Of a stretch of 64,000 nucleotides of DNA, positions 10,011 through 19,193 are shown one piece after another. This stretch comes from a virus (lineage: Duplodnaviria > Heunggongvirae > Uroviricota > Caudoviricetes): the IMG/VR virus record IMGVR_UViG_2565956708_000007, one strand, 5' to 3'. Below the pieces are notes generated by a model that made no database searches, was not told the origin of the DNA, and saw nothing but the letters and a program-made list of their open reading frames with translations. Each line of letters begins with the position of its first letter. Within the stretch, counting starts at the first letter, position 1. A program made the position numbers and the translations under genes.

Positions 10011-10900
10011 TTCGCCTCCTGCGGCGGTTCTGGTAGCGGCATCCAGAACAAGGCGTTCCCTAACCACGATAAAGTGCCGTCGCTCAACTCCACGTATTCC
10101 CCTTGTACCTGTCCTGCCATATACTCGCCGTGCTTTGAATAAATTAAAATCCAATCATCTTGAGGGGGCATTCGCTCACTACAGCTTATCCAACCATCCG
10201 GAGTTACCGGAACTTGTGGAATGGCTGTCTGCTCTCGAACGTCATTAGGCGCTATAGGTTCTGCTGCCAACTGACTGGCATATTTGTTAATGGTAACGAT
10301 AAGCTCTTGCTCAGCCTCATCCAGACAATCACCGATACCTCGCCTGTCACCGTCAAAATCATCGAAATCGGCACGAATCCTGGCAACCTTCAGGATTGCG
10401 GACAACACCTCACTAGGAATTGCCGGATAGTTGGTTGACGTTTCCGCGATTTCCCGAAAATTATTGGTTGACGAATTCTTGTTTTCCCGAAAGTTTCCGG
10501 ACTGAAGCATGGCGGCGCGGCAGGCGTTCCATATTTCGGCAGCAATATCGCGCTCGCTATCGGTTAATTTGTACGTTGAAACATAGCCAGAGAGCATTTC
10601 TACGTTTTCCGGAGTTGCTTCTTCAGGCACTACCGGTGCTGGAGGGGCGGCGTAAATGCCCTCTATCACTAAATGTTTGCGCTCAAAATCATCTGGCTCT
10701 CGATGATATACGTAACTCCAATCACCAAGGTTATCATTGCGCCTGCAACGGAAACCTATCGGCTCTGCTTCCAGCGATGCCAGAGCAATTCGTGCCAGTT
10801 CTTCCGCTTCTTCTGCTGGCAGTACAACGTTGCTACCAGGTCCGTATGTTTCGCGCCACTGCCTGATTGTCAGCAGTCGCTCTTTGGTAATAGTGATCAT
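10007..10900 (-). CDS. Hypothetical phage protein (297 aa) with N-terminal domain shared with 11775-12137
   Basis: N-terminus MITITKER...ELARIALASLEAEP...WNACRAAMLQ paralogous to the downstream 120-aa ORF; Trp-rich C-terminal domain. Confidence 0.55.
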   Translation of the reverse strand: MITITKERLLTIRQWRETYGPGSNVVLPAEEAEELARIALASLEAEPIGFRCRRNDNLGDWSYVYHREPDDFERKHLVIEGIYAAPPAPVVPEEATPENVEMLSGYVSTYKLTDSERDIAAEIWNACRAAMLQSGNFRENKNSSTNNFREIAETSTNYPAIPSEVLSAILKVARIRADFDDFDGDRRGIGDCLDEAEQELIVTINKYASQLAAEPIAPNDVREQTAIPQVPVTPDGWISCSERMPPQDDWILIYSKHGEYMAGQVQGEYVELSDGTLSWLGNALFWMPLPEPPQEAK

Positions 10901-11412
10901 GCCGCGTTTCCTTCTTTCTTATTAACAATTACACCGTCATATATTTCATTAAGGTGCCCTCTCAACTCCATGCGCCTTAATGCAGATAACATGTAATCGC
11001 ATTCAACCTGCTTATTTCCAGTAAATGGCTTATCGTCAGGATTACCCCAACAGCAATTACCCTTGGGCCACCCATGTACTTTCCGTACTCTTCCGTTAAC
11101 AACGTGAAGTAATCCCCAGCCAGGTGGTAAATCCTCAACTGAAATAATTCCCGGCTCACTAATAAAGAATCGCCAGTCGCCCATTCCAAGAGATGGATTT
11201 TTACGAAAACGCTTTTTTCTATCTGCCAACAAGTCAGCACGAGAACACTTCGCCTCTATCAGGCATGATGCTGAATTTCTGAATCCCATAGCATCTGGCT
11301 GTTCTCCGGTACTGGTTACAGCTATAAAGCGGTCATGAAAACAAACCTTGAACCCGTTGCGCTTAAGGAACTTATACGCAATCTGACAGAGTTCGCGGTG
11401 TGTTAACGCCAT
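10897..11412 (-). CDS. Hypothetical protein
   Basis: start taken at MALTHREL, preceded by AAGGAGAGTGATATGGC, the same initiation context as the gene at 12343. Confidence 0.5.
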   Translation of the reverse strand: MALTHRELCQIAYKFLKRNGFKVCFHDRFIAVTSTGEQPDAMGFRNSASCLIEAKCSRADLLADRKKRFRKNPSLGMGDWRFFISEPGIISVEDLPPGWGLLHVVNGRVRKVHGWPKGNCCWGNPDDKPFTGNKQVECDYMLSALRRMELRGHLNEIYDGVIVNKKEGNAA

Positions 11413-11413
11413 A

Positions 11414-11602
11414 TCACTCTCCTTTAGTGCGCAAGTGGTTTTTCCAGCGGTTTTGCGCCGCGCTGGGCTTTTTGCAAAAACCACAATCCATCATCCCGTA
11501 ATATTTCATCAACCCCATCCGTCGGTTGCTGAGTCTCACCCACTGCCAGACGCCAGGAGCGTTTCTACGAACTAACAGAATCTTTGCTTTACGGTTTTTC
11601 AT
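11414..11602 (-). CDS. Small basic Cys-containing protein (62 aa), uncertain
   Basis: ORF ending one nucleotide before the next start codon. Confidence 0.3.
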   Translation of the reverse strand: MKNRKAKILLVRRNAPGVWQWVRLSNRRMGLMKYYGMMDCGFCKKPSAAQNRWKNHLRTKGE

Positions 11603-11774
11603 CGCTTTGCTCTCCTGCGTCTCTTTGCTGCTCGTCGTGCCGCTGCAATACCGGTATGGCGGCGCTTTGGTGCCGGGATGATGTTGTCAGCCATCAGGAC
11701 ATGTGGCTTTGCAATTAGCGCAGAAGCCCAAAAACGAGTCGGGTACGGTAACAAGCCGAAAAATGCCACACGCA

Positions 11775-12137
11775 TTACTCACCTCCCTTACCCTGAAGCA
11801 TGGCAGCGCGGCAGGCGTTCCAGCCATCAACATAATCAAACGTATTGCTATCGTCTGGATCGATTTCATCCGGCACTACCGGCTCTGGTTGGATAGTGAC
11901 GTTGGCAAAGGCAGCACGCAAACCGGCCTTAATTTCCTCTACTTCATCAGCGCCTAGCGATGAATCTGACAATGCGTGATGGAATGCGTAAGCCATGTCG
12001 TCGTTTACTGCAACCGGTTCGGCTTCCAGTGATGCCAGCGCAATTCGTGCCAGTTCCATTTGTTCGCCACGGGTAAGCCCGTTATCAAGCGGATTTTTAA
12101 TGAATAATTCGATACGTTCTTTGGTAATAGTGGTCAT
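11775..12137 (-). CDS. Hypothetical protein (120 aa), paralog of the N-terminal domain of 10007-10900
   Basis: MTTITKERIELF...ELARIALASLEAEP...WNACRAAMLQ. Confidence 0.5.
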   Translation of the reverse strand: MTTITKERIELFIKNPLDNGLTRGEQMELARIALASLEAEPVAVNDDMAYAFHHALSDSSLGADEVEEIKAGLRAAFANVTIQPEPVVPDEIDPDDSNTFDYVDGWNACRAAMLQGKGGE

Positions 12138-12343
12138 TTGTTAATCCTCAAAACTTTATGCCCGGGCGCAAAAGCACGTGTTTTGTCTTTACTTATTCGC
12201 CACCCGTCTTTACGGGCCTCTTTTGCACAACCAGACCATGACGTACCGATATACTCACCGAAGTCTGGCACTGGATATACACCTTCCGTACACTGGCGGC
12301 AGTCACAATAGAGATGCATGGTGTAACTTGCAGCGATAGCCAT
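12134..12343 (-). CDS. Small Cys-rich protein (about 69 aa)
   Basis: start at MAIAASY with duplicated initiation context; CDCRQC and GC motifs. Confidence 0.4.
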   Translation of the reverse strand: MAIAASYTMHLYCDCRQCTEGVYPVPDFGEYIGTSWSGCAKEARKDGWRISKDKTRAFAPGHKVLRINK

Positions 12344-12344
12344 A

Positions 12345-12977
12345 TCACTCTCCTTTGATGCGAATGCCAGGGGCGCGTGGCACATTAACTTCCACGATGC
12401 GCACAGTTGGTTTGTACATCTCAATCGCAGTCAGCCAGTCAGCGCCAGTCATGCGCTTTTCTGCATCGCCATTAGTCCACTTAACCGGTACACCAATAGC
12501 CTTCATCGCGATTTCTATTTCCCCGGCAATGGCGCTTTTTCCGCAACCAGTAAAACCAGATACAACGACCAGAACTTCACCTTTGGCTGGTTTTATTTCC
12601 CGCTCCTCCAGTTCAGCAATGCGCTTACTCCCATCCGAGATAACACCTTCGTAATACTCACGCTGCTCGTTGAGTTTTGATTTTGTCTCCTCAAGCTCAA
12701 CTCTCAGCTTCCCAACCGTAAGCGCAATATCCTCGTTCTCCTGGTCGCGGGATTTGATGTATTGCTGGTTCCTTTCCCGTTCATCCAGTAGTGCCAGCAC
12801 GGTTTCTGGTCCGGCCAGAAATTTGAAGGCGTTGAGCGCATCAATATCCACACCGTAATCTTTAAGTTCCTGTTCACTTAACAAATCATCATCAGCTGGC
12901 AACATTAACAGGCGTTCCATTGCTGGAATTGCACGTTCCGCCGCCTCACGCAGTGCCTGGTAATTAATTTCGCTCAC
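12345..12977 (-). CDS. Ea22-like protein (210 aa)
   Basis: N-terminus MSEINYQALREAAE and coiled-coil middle resemble lambdoid Ead/Ea22 proteins. Confidence 0.55.
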   Translation of the reverse strand: MSEINYQALREAAERAIPAMERLLMLPADDDLLSEQELKDYGVDIDALNAFKFLAGPETVLALLDERERNQQYIKSRDQENEDIALTVGKLRVELEETKSKLNEQREYYEGVISDGSKRIAELEEREIKPAKGEVLVVVSGFTGCGKSAIAGEIEIAMKAIGVPVKWTNGDAEKRMTGADWLTAIEMYKPTVRIVEVNVPRAPGIRIKGE

Positions 12978-13708
12978 TGGTTGCCTCCTTTGCGAAGCTG
13001 GGCAGCAAAGTCAACTAACCACTCAGTCATTTCAACCTTCCCTACCAGGTCTGAACCAGGGTGCATACAGCAATCACTCTGCGCCGCTTTGAAATCCTTA
13101 TACTCATATTCTTGGGCCACCAGATTTTTTGCAGCTTCTATAGCAGCATCCACGCCCTGCGCCCGCACTTCAGCCAGGAAAGCATCGGTGGCTGGCATAT
13201 TTCCTGTTGCCTTCATGGCCTCCAAAATAACCAGAACGCCATCTCGCCCAACCACCTCAGCGATAACCTCGGTGTTGTCGCCAACAACATCGCAGAATGC
13301 CTGAACTGCCTTACGAGCCAGCTCATTCTCCACTGCCAGCGCCGTGCGATTACCCTCCAGCTCTGCAATGCGCTGTTTTGCGGCATCCAGTTCAATCGAC
13401 AATTTTTCCAACTGCTCTTGATGCTTCTTGTATTCCTGATATGCGTGCCAAGACTGACCTTTGCGCACACTATCAGTGATATCAGTAATCTGTTCTGGTG
13501 TTAGCGTGGTCAGTGGCTGTGATGGGAAAATAAGCACTTTCCCGGAATCCCAATCAAAACCAGCGTGAATTGACTGAACCTCAACTGAAGGTGTTGAACC
13601 AATGCTGCCAGGCGAATGAACAACGATTGTTACATCCATATCGCGACGATGGCTGTGGTTGTTGGACAAAATACGATTCACCAACTCAGAAAATTTGGAA
13701 AATTTCAT
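12974..13708 (-). CDS. Ea22-like protein paralog (244 aa)
   Basis: C-terminal ATDAFLAEVRAQG shared with 13992-14696. Confidence 0.5.
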   Translation of the reverse strand: MKFSKFSELVNRILSNNHSHRRDMDVTIVVHSPGSIGSTPSVEVQSIHAGFDWDSGKVLIFPSQPLTTLTPEQITDITDSVRKGQSWHAYQEYKKHQEQLEKLSIELDAAKQRIAELEGNRTALAVENELARKAVQAFCDVVGDNTEVIAEVVGRDGVLVILEAMKATGNMPATDAFLAEVRAQGVDAAIEAAKNLVAQEYEYKDFKAAQSDCCMHPGSDLVGKVEMTEWLVDFAAQLRKGGNQ

Positions 13709-14028
13709 GCTGATTCCCCTTTCTCTGCTCTCTCCTGTCGGAACATCACTATCATCAGGTCGCCTTTTGTCGCTATCCTGGCTGTTGTACCTGGTTCAAT
13801 GCGGCTAAGCTCAAATGCGTCATAGAACGCTTCTAATGCCTTCTGGCGTAGTTCCTGTTTGCGCCGTTTTTTCCACTGTTTTAGGAAAATGGAACCCAGC
13901 CATCGCCATGTGCGGGACATGATGTAAAGCCAACCGAGAAGTGCCAGACCGGTATTTAGGAGCGTATCGATCGTTATTGTCGTGTCGATATTCACTGGCT
14001 GCTTCCTTTGCGAATCTGTTCCGCCCAT
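13705..14028 (-). CDS. Small membrane protein (107 aa)
   Basis: hydrophobic N-terminal segment; basic region. Confidence 0.4.
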   Translation of the reverse strand: MGGTDSQRKQPVNIDTTITIDTLLNTGLALLGWLYIMSRTWRWLGSIFLKQWKKRRKQELRQKALEAFYDAFELSRIEPGTTARIATKGDLMIVMFRQERAEKGESA

Positions 14029-14696
14029 TCTTCAAGGGATTTCTCCGCATATTCACCAGACAGGCCATCAATCGGATGCGCTTCATTAGCCAACTCTTCT
14101 TTCGCTGACAAAATCATGCGTGTAACGTCGAAAACTTCACGCAAAGACTTATTGATAAATCCGTGATTGAACGCAGCAGCAAGACGGCTGGCGGTATAGT
14201 TAATCCCCTCGTTGCGTGCTTCCGCACGAATTTCAGCCAGAAAAGCATCGGTAGCTGGAGTTTCGCTGTGGTGCAGGGCATCGTTGATAATCATTGCAGC
14301 AACTCCGGCCTGCCCTGCATCCGTGACCGACACATGCTCAAGAGTTACGGCCATTGCGTGTTTCAGCCCGGCGTTCTCTGCCACCAGCGCCGCGAGCTTA
14401 GTCTCAAGCGGTGCTATTCGGCACATAGCATCAATATTTGTGTCCTCCAGGCGCTTAATTTCACCAAGTAGCTCCAGTGCAACCTTTGGGTTGAATGCGG
14501 CAACATAACGAGCGTTGTTCTCTGCGTTTTTCAGCCCATCAAAGCCGGTCCATTTGATAACATCTTCACATCGTTTATCACCGGGCGTATGCACAGCATA
14601 CGTACCTGTACCCGTCGAAATAAACGCGACCCATTCGCCCTGTGTTGCCTGTTTTGCTATCTCACGTAGTGCCTGATAGTTAATTTTGGTTGTCAT
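13992..14696 (-). CDS. Ea22-like protein paralog (234 aa)
   Basis: MTTKINYQALREIAKQ; ATDAFLAEIRAEA shared with neighbour. Confidence 0.55.
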   Translation of the reverse strand: MTTKINYQALREIAKQATQGEWVAFISTGTGTYAVHTPGDKRCEDVIKWTGFDGLKNAENNARYVAAFNPKVALELLGEIKRLEDTNIDAMCRIAPLETKLAALVAENAGLKHAMAVTLEHVSVTDAGQAGVAAMIINDALHHSETPATDAFLAEIRAEARNEGINYTASRLAAAFNHGFINKSLREVFDVTRMILSAKEELANEAHPIDGLSGEYAEKSLEEWAEQIRKGSSQ

Positions 14697-15571
14697 GCCA
14701 CCACCTCTTCGAATTTCAACTCCAATTGATCACCCCAGATTTCACATGACTCTGAACACGAGCCGGTATCGAATCGCCTGGTTTGCACCATCGCCTGATA
14801 CAAATTTCTGTAGTCGCTGTCGGCATACATTCTGGCAATCCCGTCAAGGCTCAGATGACCACGGTACATAACGTCTTTATTTGTCTTTCGGTGACCATCC
14901 CGGACGTGTTTACCTGTAACCAGTTCATTAAAAACCCGCATCAGACCAGGTTCGTCTTTACATGCAAGCCCCAGCTTTTGCGTTGACTTTTTGATGCAAA
15001 AAACACAGTTCCCTAGGTGCTCCGGGATTTGCAAATCAAAAGGTTGTTTTCGCCACCACCGGATAACATCCGACTTATCAAGATCTGACAGCTCTGCAAG
15101 ATACCGGACGCCCAGTTTCGGTTTCAGCCTGCGGTGTTCGTCCGCACGAATACCCAGCCATGTGATGTAATTCCCTCGCCCAAAATGGTCATCGCAATAT
15201 TTCGTGAAAGGGGTGAGTTTTAGCCTGTCAGTACAGAACGCGCCGCCGATGTATGGCGTACCGTACTTTTTAACCATGTCCATAAACGGTTTAAGCACCG
15301 GCATTCGCGTCTGAATATCCTTTGGTTCCCATTCCGTATAACCATTTGGCTGCCCAAGTTCTGGATTTATATCGACCTGCAACACCGTTAGCGGTACGTT
15401 CCAGAACTTCACAACCTCACGAATAAAGCGATACGTCAGAGGATGTTCACAGCCGGTATCCATAAAAATGAAATGGACGCTAGCGCCAGCTTTTCGCTTT
15501 GCTTCCATCAGATGAACGAGATAAGCCGATGTTCGTCCACCTGAAAAGCTGACAACTTGATGCATACTCAC
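14693..15571 (-). CDS. PAPS reductase-like (PP-loop ATP pyrophosphatase family) protein
   Basis: N-terminal SFSGGRTS PP-loop motif; 292 aa. Confidence 0.75.
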   Translation of the reverse strand: MSMHQVVSFSGGRTSAYLVHLMEAKRKAGASVHFIFMDTGCEHPLTYRFIREVVKFWNVPLTVLQVDINPELGQPNGYTEWEPKDIQTRMPVLKPFMDMVKKYGTPYIGGAFCTDRLKLTPFTKYCDDHFGRGNYITWLGIRADEHRRLKPKLGVRYLAELSDLDKSDVIRWWRKQPFDLQIPEHLGNCVFCIKKSTQKLGLACKDEPGLMRVFNELVTGKHVRDGHRKTNKDVMYRGHLSLDGIARMYADSDYRNLYQAMVQTRRFDTGSCSESCEIWGDQLELKFEEVVA

Positions 15572-15574
15572 GGT

Positions 15575-16153
15575 TTATTCCTGAATGCGCTTAAACTCGA
15601 TTACCCATACCCACGGGTTAGATAGCCAGTTCTCTTGCCCGTAAATACCGCGCCAGATATCACCGAAACCAACGCGATAAACAGCTTCCGGCGGTGTAAT
15701 CTTGTACGTCGCCGGAGATGCGCCTTCCGCTTTAGCATCTGCCTCGCTCATGTCATGCAGCCGTTCCACACGCACGTCGGTAATTTCCAGCAAAATACGC
15801 GAAGCCCAGCGCGGCATGTGAATTGATGGCGTCCACTTTTCTGATACTGGTTTATTACAAACCTCGACCGGAACCCGGTGCGTTTGTTCTGTCCAGGAGT
15901 TACGCACGCTTGCGCGATAAACCAGCGTTGCGACGTCCGTCGCTTTGCCATGTACCCGGTAGGTTTCGCGAACCCAAATACGATCGCCCGGTTGACCATA
16001 TGGACAATGCTTAGCAAGCAACTCTACGGCCACAGCCCGTCCATAGAATTTTTCTTCAACAATCCTGCGAGTCTGTGTTTTATTCCCACCAAGAATTGCC
16101 CGGACCATCTCATCGTTGAAAATCATGCCGCGCTCTTTCACTTCGTCTTTCAT
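15575..16153 (-). CDS. ASCH domain protein (likely start at MIFNDEMV near 16126)
   Basis: ILGGNKTQTRR matches ASCH GxKxxxxR signature; first gene after operator 16332-16348. Confidence 0.55.
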   Translation of the reverse strand: MKDEVKERGMIFNDEMVRAILGGNKTQTRRIVEEKFYGRAVAVELLAKHCPYGQPGDRIWVRETYRVHGKATDVATLVYRASVRNSWTEQTHRVPVEVCNKPVSEKWTPSIHMPRWASRILLEITDVRVERLHDMSEADAKAEGASPATYKITPPEAVYRVGFGDIWRGIYGQENWLSNPWVWVIEFKRIQE

Positions 16154-16331
16154 GCATCCCCCTTACCCATGTGCGACGATGCCGCCAAAAGTGATAGAGA
16201 ACAGCCAGAAATAGATCGCGGCCATAATGATTTTGAATGCCGTGTTCATATTTTCAGCTCCTGTGATTGATTGGATACATGCCGCGCCTTGCGGCATGTT
16301 TTTATTTTCACTTCCCCTGTCTTAAAAATCA

Positions 16332-16348
16332 AGATTTATTAGAGCAAT
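16332..16348 (-). promoter_or_regulatory. C1 operator-like site
   Basis: plus strand AGATTTATTAGAGCAAT, 16/17 to reverse-complement consensus. Confidence 0.7.
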
Positions 16349-16854
16349 TATTGTTGATGAAGAAGCGCATTTTCATACTCCCTGACCATGAATGTAAGTA
16401 CGCCGTGACTCCTGAACACACGCGCCACTTCAATCTTATCTTCCAGCGCGAACGCAATTTTACTTAGACCAATTTTCTTCAGGAGATCAATCTTTGCTGG
16501 ACCGTCATTTCTGTCATCGGTGGCAGGACGCATAGATAGCAAAGGCTCAGCCCCGTTTGTTACGTACTTCCGCAGCCAGGCTCGTGTTTTATCCCTTGCG
16601 ATCTCACAGCGCCCGGTTACAAACCAGACCGTGTAAACGTTAAATAACTGGCGCACCATATCAATAACTGGAGTTATGGGAGTATCAGTGTCACAGGCGA
16701 GATTAAACTCGTTCCAGTCCTTTGTTAATGCACCTTTACCTGGTGGCGGAAGCAAATGCAGTCTGTCTTCAGTTGCCTCTGATATTGTTCCATCAATATC
16801 AACTATGACGATATACGGACGTTCATGGTGTGCGTGTTGGTTGAAAATACTCAA
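16348..16854 (-). CDS. HAD-superfamily phosphatase-like protein (168 aa)
   Basis: VDIDGTISE motif I of HAD hydrolases; resembles polynucleotide 3'-phosphatase-type proteins. Confidence 0.5.
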   Translation of the reverse strand: MSIFNQHAHHERPYIVIVDIDGTISEATEDRLHLLPPPGKGALTKDWNEFNLACDTDTPITPVIDMVRQLFNVYTVWFVTGRCEIARDKTRAWLRKYVTNGAEPLLSMRPATDDRNDGPAKIDLLKKIGLSKIAFALEDKIEVARVFRSHGVLTFMVREYENALLHQQ

Positions 16855-16927
16855 ATGCCCTCCTCATTGGACGAAAAAAATGCTGGTGGGACGCACTCCA
16901 CCAGCATTAAAAGTGACACTGTAACTA

Positions 16928-18190
16928 TCAGCGGACGTAAATTGTGCCGCCGTTCTCTTTTTCCCATGCATCGCTACGTGCATAGCAAACATCGAGAAGT
17001 CTTCTTGCCGCTGTTTCCTCTAAACCCAATTCGACAACCAACTGCTCATGACGGCGGGTAACCACATCAAACAGGGTATGCAACCCTTTAGTTGCCAGAT
17101 CATCAATGAATTCCGGTTCGAACGGCAGCTCTGCATCTGCCAACATAACCTCTTGCGCCCACTCAACTCGACGGACCAATTCCGGGCGGCGGCTTTCCAT
17201 CTCTTTACAGATCAATTCATGGAAGAACTCTACCCAACCTTCCGGCTGGAACTCGCGGAAAATTGCCAACGGCTGGAAGTTTGGCATCAACCATTCGTTG
17301 ATTCGGATATCAATGGCATAGCCCATGTCGCAGCAGAACTGATAAGCAAAGTCCAGCTTAGAAACGATATAAGGACGCTCGTTATTGAACTCTTTAGGCG
17401 ATGAGATCCCATAAGCTAGGAGGCGCGGGAAGAAGGAGATTTGCCCTAACGTCGGATGAAGTTTGCTTGCAGGGAAACGGCGCTCAGTAATGCCATACAT
17501 TTCCTTCTTGAGCGTCGCAAATTTGGCATTCTCATTAACCAGCGCGGTAACCTCTGCTTTTTTATTAGCAAATGCCACGCGCGCTTCGCTTGCATCCTTA
17601 ATAGTTTTTTTGAGCTGTTGGTTAAGGTCGGCGACCTGCTTACGCAGTTCCTGTCGCTCGCTTTTAGCTTTGTTATAGCGTTTCTCAAGGTTAAAAGGAT
17701 CAAGTTTCATGATCTCTTTATATTGAGATTTTAGCGTTGAAATCTGTGAGTTCCGCAGTTCAACCATCGCGGTCATTTCATTGAGTTTTGTTTCCAGCTC
17801 AATGCTTATACGTTCGGCATTATCAGCACGCTGGTTGGCATCATGCGTCGCATCGTCGATCGCGTCCTGTTGCTGGCGTTTCAAATGTTCAATTTGCAGC
17901 TGAAGCTCTTCAATTTCTTTACCCTTCAGACCGAGATCCAACTGCATATTTTCAGCTGCATCTACCAGGGAGTTATGGCTATCAGCTTCTGCGTTATAAA
18001 CATCAATAAGCTGTGCGTGAAGCATCTCCGCTGACTGAACCGCATTATCAAAAAAACGTGCTGTGAGGTCATCACAACTAACGCGGCGTTGCGCGGCCCG
18101 GATGTTCTGGATAATGGCCGGGATACCGGCGTTCAGGACATCAGGGATAGATACATTTTCGATTGATTGGTTTTGTGCTGAAGTGCTCAT
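16928..18190 (-). CDS. Coiled-coil hypothetical protein (420 aa)
   Basis: long heptad-rich central region; no enzymatic motif recognised. Confidence 0.55.
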   Translation of the reverse strand: MSTSAQNQSIENVSIPDVLNAGIPAIIQNIRAAQRRVSCDDLTARFFDNAVQSAEMLHAQLIDVYNAEADSHNSLVDAAENMQLDLGLKGKEIEELQLQIEHLKRQQQDAIDDATHDANQRADNAERISIELETKLNEMTAMVELRNSQISTLKSQYKEIMKLDPFNLEKRYNKAKSERQELRKQVADLNQQLKKTIKDASEARVAFANKKAEVTALVNENAKFATLKKEMYGITERRFPASKLHPTLGQISFFPRLLAYGISSPKEFNNERPYIVSKLDFAYQFCCDMGYAIDIRINEWLMPNFQPLAIFREFQPEGWVEFFHELICKEMESRRPELVRRVEWAQEVMLADAELPFEPEFIDDLATKGLHTLFDVVTRRHEQLVVELGLEETAARRLLDVCYARSDAWEKENGGTIYVR

Positions 18191-18191
18191 T

Positions 18192-18410
18192 TCAAAGTTC
18201 CGTATTAGCTTGTGCTTCGGTCATTTTTCCTAAGTATGAAGGAGGAAGGACTACGCAATTTGTATCCAGTCCCTCACCTATGGCAGCCTGTAAAATTCTG
18301 GCTAAGGTGAGTCTCTTGTTGCGATACCTGGTGATGACATGCCTGATACCGCCGGTCGGCGTAACAAAGGCGATCAGCCAGTAGTGATATTTCCGTCGGA
18401 ATGGCCACAT
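18192..18410 (-). CDS. Small hypothetical protein (72 aa)
   Basis: ORF between coiled-coil gene and operator pair. Confidence 0.35.
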   Translation of the reverse strand: MWPFRRKYHYWLIAFVTPTGGIRHVITRYRNKRLTLARILQAAIGEGLDTNCVVLPPSYLGKMTEAQANTEL

Positions 18411-18424
18411 AGTGCACCTTATGA

Positions 18425-18441
18425 ATTGCTCTAATAAAAAA
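18425..18441 (+). promoter_or_regulatory. C1 operator-like site, left member of a divergent pair
   Basis: ATTGCTCTAATAAAAAA, 14/17. Confidence 0.55.
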
Positions 18442-18465
18442 CGTGATGAGTGTACATCACGTTTT
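18436..18465 (-). terminator. Palindromic hairpin with flanking T/A runs, likely bidirectional intrinsic terminator
   Basis: AACGTGATG-agtgta-CATCACGTT, followed by T6 on minus strand and T4 on plus strand. Confidence 0.5.
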
Positions 18466-18473
18466 AAAAATAT

Positions 18474-18490
18474 GGAATTATTAGAGCAAT
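18474..18490 (-). promoter_or_regulatory. C1 operator-like site, right member of a divergent pair
   Basis: plus strand GGAATTATTAGAGCAAT, 14/17. Confidence 0.55.
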
Positions 18491-18491
18491 A

Positions 18492-19193
18492 TTATTCTGA
18501 TTCTCGCTCAAAAAATGAGCTAATGAGGGGGAGCCAATCCTCTGACACTTCGCGAGGTCGCGGTTTGCCGTGGAAAAAGATTATTCGGCAGTCTTTTGGT
18601 AATGCCCCATTCCCCCTGGAGTAACGCGCGCTCGCATATTTTGAACCAGGTTCCACAACATCGGCCTTGTAACTTACAAACCATCCTGGATACAGATCCT
18701 GAAATGCTGGTGTATCATCGCCCATAACCTTCCGTAAGAACCCCTGATCACCCCAGCACTCAGTAGTGACACAACGAGAAATCCAACCTTCCGGATCTTG
18801 CCAGAATGAACTCCAGATATGCGCTTTAACACTATTTGGTATCCACAGGGCACCGCTGCCACGATATTGTGGATGGTAAAAATCCCTAAGCATGGTGAAG
18901 CTGGTTGGTGGATGCTCTAGGATTGGGCGTATATCACCGGCAATAACCGTGTCCAAATCCAGATAGAACAGATCATCGGTTATATCCGGTCGGAACAACT
19001 CGATTTTCGCCCACCAGCCACGGCACTTTTGCCACTGGTTGATCAATGGGACAACTTTGACGCCAGGTACATGTAAACGCTTCAGGTCTGTCAGGCAAAT
19101 AATTTCATAGCCTTTTGGCAGTTGATTAACCAGCCACTGCACATCGGAAGCGTTATAGTCACCACCAGAGCGAAAAACTAAAGCAATCTTCAT
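18492..19193 (-). CDS. Putative glycosyltransferase-like protein (DXD motif)
   Basis: FYLDLDTV DxD-type motif in a GT-A-like context; 233 aa; weak call. Confidence 0.4.
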   Translation of the reverse strand: MKIALVFRSGGDYNASDVQWLVNQLPKGYEIICLTDLKRLHVPGVKVVPLINQWQKCRGWWAKIELFRPDITDDLFYLDLDTVIAGDIRPILEHPPTSFTMLRDFYHPQYRGSGALWIPNSVKAHIWSSFWQDPEGWISRCVTTECWGDQGFLRKVMGDDTPAFQDLYPGWFVSYKADVVEPGSKYASARYSRGNGALPKDCRIIFFHGKPRPREVSEDWLPLISSFFERESE

